Source: a virus (lineage: Duplodnaviria > Caudoviricetes). From it: a DNA stretch of 64,000 bases. Made by a program: the position numbers and the translations under genes. The notes beneath the pieces were generated by a model. It worked only from the letters and a program-made list of their open reading frames with translations. It was not told where the DNA came from and made no database searches. This document shows, one piece after another, positions 9,201-18,989 of the stretch (position 1 is its first letter; the number at the start of each line of letters is the position of its first letter). The stretch is taken from positions 1-64,000 of the IMG/VR virus record IMGVR_UViG_3300026255_000001, one strand, 5' to 3'.

Positions 9201-10435
9201 ACCCAACCGAACAAGAATTGAAGCCGCCCGTCATCGAGGCGGAGCTCGAAGGCGACATCGCGGATACCGTGCTGTCGGCCCTGGACAAGGAGACCCCTCC
9301 CGCCAAGCCGGCCCCGGCGGCCCCTAAGACCGACCTGGAACCCGGAGACCTGGCGGCCCCGGCACCAAAGCCCGCCAAGCCCGCCAAGCCCGCCAAGCCG
9401 GCGGAGCCCGCGGACCACGTGGACCCGTTGTCCCCGGACTTCCTGGCGGCCGCCGCGCCCAAGAAGGATGAGTTCGGGATGCCGGCCGACCTGTTGAAGG
9501 ACGAGGACATCGAGCGGCTGCCCGAGAAGAAGCAGCGCGAGGCCTTTGCCAAGGAGCGCGCCGCCCACAAGGAGGCCCGCCAGCGGCTGCAGGAGCTGAA
9601 CACCAAGGTCAACGAGCTGTCCTCCAAGGTCCAGGACGCCGAGCAGGCCGCCGCCCTGAAGCAGCAGCTTGAGGCCAAGGAAGAGGAGCTCGCCAAGCTC
9701 AACGCCGAGATCGCCAAGATCGACCTGACGCGCAGCCCCGAGTTCAGGAAGCGCTACGACGACCGCATGAACCAGCTGGGCCAGCGCATGGTCCAGACCC
9801 TGGTCACCGAGGGCGTGGACCAGGCCGAGGCCGTGAAGCTCATCCGGGCCCTGGTGGCCGAGACCAAGCCGTCGGCGCGCGAGTACGCGATCGACGAGGC
9901 CGCGCCCTCCCTGAAGGGCACGCTTCTGGCCTACCTGAACCAGTTCGACGAGGTGTCCCAGGAACGCGCGGTCGCGCTGGACAAGGCCAAGGAGACGGCC
10001 GCGGCGATCGACGAAGCCGAGTCGCGGGCGAGAATTGCCGCGATGGCCGGCCGGGTTGACTCCGTCACGGAGAAGGCCATTGCCGACGCCGTGGCCTTGG
10101 GCTCCCCGTACTACCGGGAGGTCAAGGACAACGAGGACTGGAACGCCGCCGTTGCCGAGCGCAAGCAGACGCTCAAGGGCCTGCTGCTGACGATGGACCC
10201 CGAGAAGCTGGCGCCCTACGTCGCCGAGGGCCTGACGGCCCCCGACCTGCGCCGCCGCTATGTCGAGCAGTACAACCGGCTCAAGGCGGTGGAGGCCGAG
10301 TTCGAGCAGGTTATCGGCCAGCGGCCCCGCTTGGGACAGCTGGCGCCCTCCGACCAGCCGCCGGCCCCCCGCCAGGCCAAGCTGCCGGACAACGGGCTGG
10401 ACATCGTCGACGTCGTCGAGGACTTCCTGAAGTAG
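9197..10435 (+). CDS. capsid scaffolding protein (probable)
   Basis: Pro/Ala-rich N-terminus with KPA repeats, long charged coiled coil, directly before the MCP. Confidence 0.65.
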   Translation: MNPTEQELKPPVIEAELEGDIADTVLSALDKETPPAKPAPAAPKTDLEPGDLAAPAPKPAKPAKPAKPAEPADHVDPLSPDFLAAAAPKKDEFGMPADLLKDEDIERLPEKKQREAFAKERAAHKEARQRLQELNTKVNELSSKVQDAEQAAALKQQLEAKEEELAKLNAEIAKIDLTRSPEFRKRYDDRMNQLGQRMVQTLVTEGVDQAEAVKLIRALVAETKPSAREYAIDEAAPSLKGTLLAYLNQFDEVSQERAVALDKAKETAAAIDEAESRARIAAMAGRVDSVTEKAIADAVALGSPYYREVKDNEDWNAAVAERKQTLKGLLLTMDPEKLAPYVAEGLTAPDLRRRYVEQYNRLKAVEAEFEQVIGQRPRLGQLAPSDQPPAPRQAKLPDNGLDIVDVVEDFLK

Positions 10436-10456
10436 ACGCCAACCAAGGCAACCCAG

Positions 10457-10492
10457 AGGCGCGGGACAAAAATCCCGCGCCTTTGACATTTT
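10457..10492 (+). terminator. intrinsic terminator-like hairpin after the scaffold gene
   Basis: 10-bp stem aggcgcggga/tcccgcgcct, 6-nt loop, T-rich tail. Confidence 0.6.
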
Positions 10493-10497
10493 AGGAC

Positions 10498-10526
10498 TTG
10501 ACTGCCCTTTTGTCCTGTGATTCAAT
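10498..10526 (+). promoter_or_regulatory. putative sigma70-like promoter for the major capsid gene
   Basis: TTGACT, 17-nt spacer ending TGA, then non-canonical -10 TTCAAT. Confidence 0.35.
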
Positions 10527-10676
10527 GTGCAGCATAGGAGACAAATAGAGGCTGCTCCGCCTCCGAAGCCCCGCCGGGGGGAATGGTGACTATCTCGGTC
10601 ATGCACCAGGACCAGGCGTGACAAGCGCACGGTGCGTTTGTTGCATTCAAGAGAATCATTATTCAAGGAGACAGCA

Positions 10677-12302
10677 ATGTCCTTCAAACCCGGCGACCAG
10701 TTCAAGGTCTCGAACTTTGAACAACGTCTCATCGACCTGCAGGAGCGGTTCGACCCGTTCCTGGAACGCTATGATCGAGAACACCCGATGGTGTTCCGCG
10801 ATCGTATTGCCCGCGAAATGTATCCTCTCTTCAGCGGCCTCTCACAGAAAACGAACATCTGGCATCCTGGCCTCGGCCCGCAGGCCGGCATTTCCGAGTG
10901 GAAGCCCATCCAGGTTTCCGTGGTCGGCGACGGCGCGGACGGCGGATACAACGCCTGTACGATCCACGATCCGCAGACCTACGGCTTCAGCGTGGAGTCC
11001 AAGGAATACACCGGCCTGAGCACCGAGTGGCGGTCCCCCGTCACCTGCGTGCGCGACGCCATGTGGACCGAGGAAGCCAAGCGCCAGGTCGGCTACATCT
11101 ACTCCATGGGCGTGATGATCACGTCCCAGGCGTGGGAAGTCTACTCGCGCGAGACCTACATGAAGTTCGCGGCCGACGCCACGAACCTCTTCGTGCTCTC
11201 CGCCGGGCTGACCCTGGAAGGCTCCCCGAAGTTCACGTACGACCCCTTCGAGACCTACACCTACAGCGGCGGCCCCTTCGGCGCCGACGAGAAGGTCACG
11301 GTCCTGAAGATCGACGCGGGCGTCGAGGTGTCCACGCTCAACATGAGCTTCCTGGACCTCTTCCACATGTGGCTCGACAGCGAATGCCCCGGCGCCGCGA
11401 TCTCGAAGGAGGGCGGACTGCCGGTCTTCGGGTTGATGCTGCACATGTCGGACTTCGACAAGATGCTGCGCGACGACCCTGACACCCGCGCGGACATGCG
11501 CGAGGCCAAGCCCGAAATGCTCTTCGCCAACTACACGCAGACCTTCAAGAACCTGCGCGGCTGGGGCATGATCCACGACAGCCGCCAGATGCGCTTCCGC
11601 TACTGGAAGGTTGGCCCGGATGGCAAGCTGTGGTTCCGCCGCGTCCTCCCGATGCGCGAAGGCCGCAGTATCACGATCGGCAAGCTGCCCGAAGCGAACC
11701 CCGAGTACCTGCTCGCGGAAATCGCCGTGGCCGTGGTGTTCCTCAACGACGTGTACCGGATTCGGATCCCCCCGAAGCTGGACAGCCTGTCGGGCGGAAC
11801 CTCCTTCGGTCCCGCGCCGGGCTTCAGCGGCGACTGGATGTGGATCAACTATCAGAGCGATGCGAACCCGTATCGCGAGGTGGGTTACCACGCCATGCGC
11901 ATGGCCGCGTTCCCGAAACCCCTGCGGTACAGCACCCGCGCGATGGCGTTTGCCTATCGCCGCTGCCCGCAGACCTGGGCTTCGGTGTGCAAGCTCGACG
12001 CCGCCGCCGGCACGGGCGCCATCAAGTTGGCCGCTGACGCCGCCGATACTGATGTCGACGCCACGAACAAGACCGTCACGGTCACCTTGGCCAGCGTGCT
12101 GGGCGGGGCGATCGGGCAGTCGGTCCTGGTCAAGAGCGGGTCGGACTTCAACACGACCACGGGCGTCCTGGGCTTCATCGCCAGCGATGCCGCCGCCCCC
12201 ACCTACGTCATCGGTTTCGGTGACACGGAGTGGGCGAGCGAAGCCAACCTCGCGGACTCCGCGAAGTGGACCGCCGCGGCCGCCACGGTGACCCTGCAAT
12301 AA
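10677..12302 (+). CDS. major capsid protein (probable) with C-terminal beta-rich extension
   Basis: AAGGAG RBS before ATG 10677; strongest codon bias in the window; follows scaffold; own promoter-like region upstream and a hairpin downstream. Confidence 0.8.
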   Translation: MSFKPGDQFKVSNFEQRLIDLQERFDPFLERYDREHPMVFRDRIAREMYPLFSGLSQKTNIWHPGLGPQAGISEWKPIQVSVVGDGADGGYNACTIHDPQTYGFSVESKEYTGLSTEWRSPVTCVRDAMWTEEAKRQVGYIYSMGVMITSQAWEVYSRETYMKFAADATNLFVLSAGLTLEGSPKFTYDPFETYTYSGGPFGADEKVTVLKIDAGVEVSTLNMSFLDLFHMWLDSECPGAAISKEGGLPVFGLMLHMSDFDKMLRDDPDTRADMREAKPEMLFANYTQTFKNLRGWGMIHDSRQMRFRYWKVGPDGKLWFRRVLPMREGRSITIGKLPEANPEYLLAEIAVAVVFLNDVYRIRIPPKLDSLSGGTSFGPAPGFSGDWMWINYQSDANPYREVGYHAMRMAAFPKPLRYSTRAMAFAYRRCPQTWASVCKLDAAAGTGAIKLAADAADTDVDATNKTVTVTLASVLGGAIGQSVLVKSGSDFNTTTGVLGFIASDAAAPTYVIGFGDTEWASEANLADSAKWTAAAATVTLQ

Positions 12303-12307
12303 CCTGA

Positions 12308-12338
12308 TCCGGGGGACCGGCCAATCCGGTCCCCCGGA
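12308..12338 (+). terminator. perfect 13-bp hairpin after MCP (no U-tract)
   Basis: tccgggggaccgg-ccaat-ccggtcccccgga immediately after the stop. Confidence 0.5.
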
Positions 12339-12360
12339 GCATCTTCAAAGGAAAGACACA

Positions 12361-12927
12361 ATGAAAAAGTTCATTCAGTTCACCATCGCGTTGGCCGTGT
12401 TCAGCCTTGTGCTGTCCGCTTCCGCGCAGCTTGTCCCGGATCCCGTGACGCTGGACGCCCGTGCGGCCACGTTCCGCGACACGGACATTCAAGAAGACCA
12501 GAGCAAGATCCCCGACCAGAGCAACCGCGAGGGGTACCTGGCCTACGTGTTCGATGTCGCCCGCGACGGCGGCAGCGGCGCGATCAAGGTCGGCCCCGTG
12601 CTGCCGGACAACACGGCCATCGTCGACGGCTTTGTCCAGGTGACCACGGCGTTTACTCCCCGGAACGCCACCAACACGGTGGCCTTCAGCGTGGAGGGGG
12701 CGAACGACCTGCTCGCCGCCACGCAGATGACGGCCGGGCTGCACATGCTCAACCGGGAATCCGCCAGTTACATCATCGCTGAGGGCACTGCGACCAATAC
12801 GGTCGTGTCGCTCAAGGCGCCGGTTGTGACGACCACGGCGACCCGCCAGCTTACGTTGACGTTCGCCGGCGCCCCCGCCACGAACGGCACGGCGTACATC
12901 TGGCTGAAGCTGGTCCAGGCCCAATAA
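12361..12927 (+). CDS. capsid decoration/cement-like protein with predicted Sec signal peptide
   Basis: N-terminus MKKFIQFTIALAVFSLVLSASA|Q; the mature part is beta-rich (FDVARDGGSG...LPDN...TAFT) like phage minor capsid proteins; directly after MCP. Confidence 0.6.
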   Translation: MKKFIQFTIALAVFSLVLSASAQLVPDPVTLDARAATFRDTDIQEDQSKIPDQSNREGYLAYVFDVARDGGSGAIKVGPVLPDNTAIVDGFVQVTTAFTPRNATNTVAFSVEGANDLLAATQMTAGLHMLNRESASYIIAEGTATNTVVSLKAPVVTTTATRQLTLTFAGAPATNGTAYIWLKLVQAQ

Positions 12928-12960
12928 GTTCCTCTCAATCCTGGCGTTCTCCCCGGGGTT

Positions 12961-13004
12961 GGCCCTGTCCCGGGCCCCGCAAGGGGCCCCGGGGCCGGGA
13001 TTTT
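12961..13004 (+). terminator. intrinsic terminator-like hairpin
   Basis: gggcccc-GCAA-ggggccc stem with GNRA loop, extendable, followed by tttt. Confidence 0.55.
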
Positions 13005-13045
13005 CCGGAGAACAAGATGGCCGAAGGGCCCGATAGGAGAAGATC

Positions 13046-13627
13046 ATGAGAGGCATCCATACCTGCTGCCCCGAGGCCCCCAGCACCATCAACATCTCGC
13101 AGAACATCATCGAGATGGATGGCGAAACCGCCTTCTTCGTGGATGAACGCTTCACCGGCGCCGAGGCTCCGACCGGCGTCATCACACTGGACTATACGCC
13201 GTACGCGGCTGCTTCCGTCCAGGTGTCCCTGAATTCCGGTGTCCAGCGCCCCGTGAACGACTATGTCGTGGTGGGCAAGCAGGTCCGGCTCAATTTCATC
13301 CCCGAGACTACCGACAAGATCCACGTTCGCTACTTCTCGAAGGAGTCCGGCGCGGCGGTTGTCCCTGGAGGTTCCGAGCTCCCGACCGGTTTCACCATGG
13401 GCTATAACGGCATCGGCGAGGCCCCGGACGGTTGGCTGTACCTCGACGGGGTACAGACGGTCACGGCGGCCCACGAAGATCTTTTTGCGTACCTTGTGGC
13501 AAATACGCATTTGCTCACAGATTACACGCCGGGCGACACAACGCTCACCCTGCGGAACATCCAGACCCCGTATTACGATGCAGAGTCCGGCACTATGCAG
13601 GTCGGCAAAACCATCATCAAGACGTAG
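13046..13627 (+). CDS. tail protein with tail-collar-like domain
   Basis: LPTGFTMGYNG...PDGWLYLDG...DLFAYL matches the phage tail collar pattern; N-terminal small beta domain. Confidence 0.65.
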   Translation: MRGIHTCCPEAPSTINISQNIIEMDGETAFFVDERFTGAEAPTGVITLDYTPYAAASVQVSLNSGVQRPVNDYVVVGKQVRLNFIPETTDKIHVRYFSKESGAAVVPGGSELPTGFTMGYNGIGEAPDGWLYLDGVQTVTAAHEDLFAYLVANTHLLTDYTPGDTTLTLRNIQTPYYDAESGTMQVGKTIIKT

Positions 13628-13636
13628 GAGGGCGCC

Positions 13637-14149
13637 GTGGCCCTCATCCTCTCCGCATCCCAGCTTGCTCTTCTCCGGAGGCAGTTCTTTTCCCAACTGT
13701 CCGGGGAAGAGCTTTCCGCGCTGTCCGAGGAGTTGGCCGAGCTGGTCGGGGAGGCCAAGTCCGCGGCCAGCGCCGCCCAGTCTACGGCGAACGGGGCGGT
13801 CGCCGGGGCCGGCACGGCGCTCCGGGCCGCCGACGCCGCTCAGGCCGCCGCTGACGTCGCTCAGGCCGCCGCCGACGCTGCTCAGTCCGATTCCACACTG
13901 GCCCTGGGCAACGCGGCTATCGCGCAGTCCGCGGCCGATGCGGCACAAGGAACGGCGAACGCGGCTCTTGCAAACGCCGCTACCGCGCAGGCAGCGGCAG
14001 AGGCCGCCCAGACGGACGCTACGACCGCGCTCGGCAAGTTCACGGGCAAGCTCACCGGCACGATCCGGCTGTCCAACGCCGCCGGCACCGAGTACGATCT
14101 CGAGTTCTCTGAAGGGCTCTTGGTTTCGTCCACCGAGGTAATACCGTAA
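13637..14149 (+). CDS. Ala-rich fibre/coiled-coil tail protein
   Basis: GTG start after TAGGAG; long AQAAAD-type heptad repeats. Confidence 0.6.
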   Translation: MALILSASQLALLRRQFFSQLSGEELSALSEELAELVGEAKSAASAAQSTANGAVAGAGTALRAADAAQAAADVAQAAADAAQSDSTLALGNAAIAQSAADAAQGTANAALANAATAQAAAEAAQTDATTALGKFTGKLTGTIRLSNAAGTEYDLEFSEGLLVSSTEVIP

Positions 14150-15966
14150 TGGCCGACGACCGCACACAGGCTGAAGCCTTCCAGACCGTGCAGGGCGGGG
14201 TCAACGACCTGCTCGACCCCTTGCTGCTCAAGGCCGGGACGGCCGCCAGGCTCCTCAATGTCGAGGTCCGCAACGGCCTGGCCGAGTCCCGCCCCGCCCT
14301 GTTCGGTGAGACCATGCCGGCCCAGGGGCGGTTCCAGGGCGCCTTCTCCTACGAGCTGGAGGGCAACCTCCGCTGGGTCGTCGTCGTGTCCGGCCACGTC
14401 TGGACCTACAGCTTCGCCACCAACACCTGGCTCGACCTGGCCGCGTTCCCGACGGTCGACTTCGACCAGGCGTACTTCTGCCAGGCCGGCAAGTTCTGCA
14501 TTGTCCAGAACGGCATCTACGACCCCGTCGAGAACTGGCCCATCATTTTGCACGGCGACGAAGTAGTCGACAACCTCGAGACCGAGTTCATCTACCGGAA
14601 CCACATCGTCAAGGTCAAGGACTTCAACTGGGACATGGTGGACGAGGGCGACAACCTGGTCGAGCCCGCCCCGGAACCGAGCCCGTCGGTGTTCCGCGTG
14701 CCCATCGGCAAGTCCATGGCGTTCGGCCAGGGCCGCCTGTTCGTGGCCGTCGAGCGGTACTGGGACAACGGTTTGTCCTCTGGGCTCGAGCCCGGCTGGC
14801 GCTCCGACGAAGGGTTGCGCTTCGTGCTGGCCTCCGACGATTGGCGCTGGGACGACCCGGCGCGCATGCTGGTCTTCACACAGAACGATTTGCTTGCCGG
14901 TGGCGGGGCGCTCTCGATGCCGGCGGAAAACGGTTTCATTACCTCGCTGGCCTTTTTCCGCAATGCGGCGACGGGTACTGGTCTCGGCGAGCTCCTTGTG
15001 ATATGCCGGCGCGGCGTCATGGCCTTTGCGGTCAGCGTGGACCGTGCAACGGCGTGGGGGACCCAGGGCTTTGGGCAAGTGCTTTTTCAAACATCCGGCT
15101 CCAGAAGTCCCTGGGCCATCACGGCCGTAAACTCCGACCTGGTGTATCGCGGCGACGGCGGGCTCAGGACCCTCAAATACTCGGCCTCCAACGAGACGGC
15201 GTCGGGCGGCATGGCCGTTGTGCCGGCGAGCCCCGAGATCACGACCCTGGTTGAGCGCACGTCCGATGGGCACGAGCCCTTCGTGACCCTGGCGCACGCC
15301 GACAACTATGTTCTCTTCACCTCCGACGGCACCCAGCTCGGCACCGGCGACGTTGCGTTTCTCGATGTCCTGCCCTGGGACCTGGCCAACTTCCAAGCGT
15401 CGGGCGAGCAGTCGTCGCGTGTCTTCGCTGGCGCCTGGCGCGGGCCCCTGTTCCACGCCGTCCTCAAGGTGTCCAACCGCCAGGCCGGGGCCATCTTCCG
15501 CGTGGCCGATAACGCCCCGCTGCAGTACGGCATCTTTTCCGACATCGCCCGCGATGCCACCCAGGTCTCCGCGGTGCGTACCCCCACCTACGTCTTCGGC
15601 GCCCCGCGCAACATCAAGCGCTTTAAGTATGCCGACTTGATCTTCGACCGCGTGTCCACGGATCTCGAGGTCAAGGTGCGCTGGCGGGTCGACGGCAGCG
15701 GCTGGTTCGAGTCCGATTCCCGGCGGTTCAAGTCCACCCAGTTCCACACCACAGGGCTGTTCCGCGTGCCCGCCGAGGCCGACAACGACGGAACGGGCTA
15801 CATGATGGACTTCGCCGTGGTGTGGACCGGTCACGCGCGGCTCAAGCTGGCGACGTTCTGGGCGTCGGCGACGGATGTCTTCAAGGGCGGTGAGGAGGCC
15901 CTGTGCGAGACGATCGACCTTGACCGCCAGACGGTGCGCGGGGTAGCCTGGAGCCCGGAGGAATAG
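14149..15966 (+). CDS. tail nozzle/stabilisation protein (T7 gp12 / P22 gp10-like, probable)
   Basis: 605 aa, all-beta propeller-like composition, position between tail and ejection genes. Confidence 0.55.
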   Translation: MADDRTQAEAFQTVQGGVNDLLDPLLLKAGTAARLLNVEVRNGLAESRPALFGETMPAQGRFQGAFSYELEGNLRWVVVVSGHVWTYSFATNTWLDLAAFPTVDFDQAYFCQAGKFCIVQNGIYDPVENWPIILHGDEVVDNLETEFIYRNHIVKVKDFNWDMVDEGDNLVEPAPEPSPSVFRVPIGKSMAFGQGRLFVAVERYWDNGLSSGLEPGWRSDEGLRFVLASDDWRWDDPARMLVFTQNDLLAGGGALSMPAENGFITSLAFFRNAATGTGLGELLVICRRGVMAFAVSVDRATAWGTQGFGQVLFQTSGSRSPWAITAVNSDLVYRGDGGLRTLKYSASNETASGGMAVVPASPEITTLVERTSDGHEPFVTLAHADNYVLFTSDGTQLGTGDVAFLDVLPWDLANFQASGEQSSRVFAGAWRGPLFHAVLKVSNRQAGAIFRVADNAPLQYGIFSDIARDATQVSAVRTPTYVFGAPRNIKRFKYADLIFDRVSTDLEVKVRWRVDGSGWFESDSRRFKSTQFHTTGLFRVPAEADNDGTGYMMDFAVVWTGHARLKLATFWASATDVFKGGEEALCETIDLDRQTVRGVAWSPEE

Positions 15967-15969
15967 CAA

Positions 15970-17028
15970 ATGATCTTCTACACCCTTCAAGACGCCATCA
16001 CCGAGCTCAGGCCCCGCATCAACGGCGGGACCTGCCGGGTGGAAACCGCGATCGCCCGGATCAACCAGGCCACGCGGCGCATCATGAACCGGCCCCGCAA
16101 GCCGATCCACGTCGAGCGCGTCATCCGCTTCTTCACCCGCAAGGACTTCATTACACTGCCTCGCGAGGTCGAGAAGATCCTGCACTACACGGTGGACGGC
16201 CGGCCCGCGCCGCTGTTCGGGCGCGCCTACGAATTCGTGTCCGGCGGCTTGGGCGAGGTCGCCTGCCACCACCCCTGCATGTCCGGCAAGTACCTCGTCG
16301 ACATGGGCAACCACTACTCCACGATGTTCGACCTGCCCAGCATGACACCCGCCAGCGACGACGCCTGCGAGCAGGAGCCGCTCTTCGGTTCCTTCAAGCT
16401 GGCGGCGTTCTCGACGTCGGCCGAAGACGTAACGAAGTCCCTGTCGATCTATGGCCGGGACACCATGAACCAGGCACTGGGCAGCCCCGGGGCCTACATG
16501 CAGCTGCCGATCCAGCAGTGGCACGGCGGTGTCGAGGGCGAGCTCTTCATGGACCTGGCGTCGAAGCCGGAAGTCGGCTTCGCGGTATCAGAGCCCGTGC
16601 GCGACGTGTACAACGTTGGCAAGCCCGCAACCGACGGCTTCGTGTCGCTCTACACCTACGACGAGGATACCCACCAGATGTACTTCCTGGCGAAGTACCA
16701 TCCGCAGGAAACCAACCCGCGCTACCGCCGGTACCGCATCACACATCCCGACTTCGTCGCTGGCTCTTCGGTCTATGCGCTTTGCGAGCTGGGCTATGTC
16801 CCGCTGACGGAGACCGACGACATCCTGATCGTGCAGAACATGGACGCGCTCAAGATGATGGTCATGGCCATCGAGTTCGAGAACGAGCGTGAGTTCCAGG
16901 CGGCGAAAGTCTACGAGGCCGACGCCTACCGCCTGATCGAAGAGCAGCGCGGCTCCGAGCGTACGCACGACTACAACTTCATCCAGTCCGCGCCGGCCTA
17001 CGGCTTCGGGAACATAAGGGCGTTGTAA
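15970..17028 (+). CDS. head-tail adaptor (T7 gp11 / P22 gp4-like, probable)
   Basis: Helical N- and C-termini with a beta insertion; adjacent to the nozzle-like gene. Confidence 0.45.
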   Translation: MIFYTLQDAITELRPRINGGTCRVETAIARINQATRRIMNRPRKPIHVERVIRFFTRKDFITLPREVEKILHYTVDGRPAPLFGRAYEFVSGGLGEVACHHPCMSGKYLVDMGNHYSTMFDLPSMTPASDDACEQEPLFGSFKLAAFSTSAEDVTKSLSIYGRDTMNQALGSPGAYMQLPIQQWHGGVEGELFMDLASKPEVGFAVSEPVRDVYNVGKPATDGFVSLYTYDEDTHQMYFLAKYHPQETNPRYRRYRITHPDFVAGSSVYALCELGYVPLTETDDILIVQNMDALKMMVMAIEFENEREFQAAKVYEADAYRLIEEQRGSERTHDYNFIQSAPAYGFGNIRAL

Positions 17029-18956
17029 TGTCTGAGAAGCTGTCCCACAACTTGTCCGCGGACGCTCGGCCGCGTTGGTGGAACGAGGAGTCGTACGGAA
17101 AGTGGAAGCCGGAGTACACAAACGCATTGGCCGCGTATCGAAATTTGCTTGGTCGCGACCCTGAAAATTTCGCGGCGTTGAAAAACTGGGCCTACAAGGA
17201 TTATTCCCAGGTTGTTAAGTTGATGTCGCTTGAGCCCGAGGCAAGGGGGAACGGGATAAACCCGTTGGACTTCGGGAACGAAATAATCGACCCGGAGACC
17301 CTGTCCGAGAAGGACAGGGAGTGGTACGACGCCTGGGCCGAGGCGAACCCGAACGATACGTTCTACTCCGGCATGCTCGACCAGCTACATTGGAGGCAGG
17401 ATCTCTACAGTGTCGACGTGTACCGCGGGATGAATGACGGCACGATCACGGTCGACGCGAACAACATCATCACGGTTACTCCCGAGGCCGTCGAGACCTA
17501 TGGCGGCGAGAACCTCGTCTTTCATCACGGCCGGGCAGGACAGCTTATCCGGGTCCCCGAGGACTCCGGCGTCGTCATCGAGCACCGGCGAGTGTACGAG
17601 GGCGATAAGCCGGAGGGTTTCACGGACGAGCAATGGGACAAGTGGATGTCCGAGCAGAACTCCGACGGGTACACGCTGTATAATACGTCGCCGCCGCAGA
17701 AGAAAGGGATTGGCGACTACGTCTCCGGCTGGCTCGAGGACATTGGGATGGGTAGAGTCGCCAGGGACCTCGTCATGGTATCGATGGGGATGCCCGAGCC
17801 CTTCATGGAGAATGAGCTCGGAATAGACGAAGCCTATTTTATAACCGATCCGCTCGGCGTGACCAGCGGCATCACCTGGGGCTCCGAGGGTATGCGGCGC
17901 AACCGCGAGGGCGCCGAGAGCGTGCTGGGGGACGACGCAGCCACGGTCCAGGGGGTCGGGCAGGCCGTGGTCGGCACGGCGCTGTCATTTGTGCCTGGTG
18001 TTGGCTGGGCCTTGGCGGCCGGGCTCAGCGCCCTTAATCAGGCCAACCGGGCGGCGGCCGGCACGCAGAGCTGGGGGGATGCGTTCATCACTGCCGGGAT
18101 TTCCACGGTAGCCAGCCGCATCGGGGCCGGGCTGACGGCTGGCGTAGAGCCCGGCATTGCGACGGCGTTCACGAACGCGGCGGTGCAGGGCACCTCCACC
18201 ACGCTGCAGACCGGCTTGACCGGCAGAGACCCCGTGACCGGTGAACGGCTCGGATGGGACGACGCGCTCGAGCGGGGCGGAATATCCGCCCTGTCGTCCT
18301 TTGCCACGGCCGGATTTCAGAATGCCATGGGTACCCAGGGCAACTGGGCCGGTGCGTTCCAGGGCGCGGCGGTCGGCGGCGGCACGTCCTACCTGTCGGG
18401 GCTGGCGCTCGGGCTGGAGGACGACGCTTTGGAGCAAAGTGTGTATAGCGGCGCGGCGTCTGGCGCCCTCACCGGGTATGACGCGGCTGGGAAGCGGCAC
18501 GATTTTTACAACAAGCCGAAGTACGACAGCATCTACGGAGGAGTCGACATTCTTGGCCGGCCTATCGCGAGAGAGCAGCTCACCGGCTACGACGCGGCGC
18601 TCGAGCGCGGGATGGCCTTTGGGCCCGCGCAACCAGGGGATTTGCCAATTCCACAGGACGCCAGCGCCTGGGACCGCACCGTCCGCTGGGGCACGAACTG
18701 GAACGTCGGGTTCAAGCCGACCCCGGAGATGTCCGCCATCGGCCGCGGCGCGCAGAACGCCTGGGATTTCGTGACGCCTTGGGAGACGCGGCACGAGACG
18801 GGCCAGCGCGTGCGCGGATGGTCCGATTCGCCTTGGGGAGGCCCGCTGAACTGGGTGGAGAACACGCATCGGCTGTCCGCTTTTTTGCGCAATCCGACGC
18901 AGTTTGGTGTTGCCGGACAGGCAGAAGGAGTTCGTCCGCCACGATTGGTTCATTAA
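17028..18956 (+). CDS. internal virion/ejection protein (probable)
   Basis: 642 aa with long Gly/Ala-rich hydrophobic segments (GVGQAVVGTALSFVPGVGWALAAG). Confidence 0.55.
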   Translation: MSEKLSHNLSADARPRWWNEESYGKWKPEYTNALAAYRNLLGRDPENFAALKNWAYKDYSQVVKLMSLEPEARGNGINPLDFGNEIIDPETLSEKDREWYDAWAEANPNDTFYSGMLDQLHWRQDLYSVDVYRGMNDGTITVDANNIITVTPEAVETYGGENLVFHHGRAGQLIRVPEDSGVVIEHRRVYEGDKPEGFTDEQWDKWMSEQNSDGYTLYNTSPPQKKGIGDYVSGWLEDIGMGRVARDLVMVSMGMPEPFMENELGIDEAYFITDPLGVTSGITWGSEGMRRNREGAESVLGDDAATVQGVGQAVVGTALSFVPGVGWALAAGLSALNQANRAAAGTQSWGDAFITAGISTVASRIGAGLTAGVEPGIATAFTNAAVQGTSTTLQTGLTGRDPVTGERLGWDDALERGGISALSSFATAGFQNAMGTQGNWAGAFQGAAVGGGTSYLSGLALGLEDDALEQSVYSGAASGALTGYDAAGKRHDFYNKPKYDSIYGGVDILGRPIAREQLTGYDAALERGMAFGPAQPGDLPIPQDASAWDRTVRWGTNWNVGFKPTPEMSAIGRGAQNAWDFVTPWETRHETGQRVRGWSDSPWGGPLNWVENTHRLSAFLRNPTQFGVAGQAEGVRPPRLVH

Positions 18957-18989
18957 GGTAGCCGAAGAAGAAAAAAAGGAACGACGACC

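Noticed and set aside
9368-9400. 9-nt aagcccgcc repeat as a regulatory array
   Set aside because: It is an in-frame KPA linker repeat inside the scaffold's disordered N-terminus.
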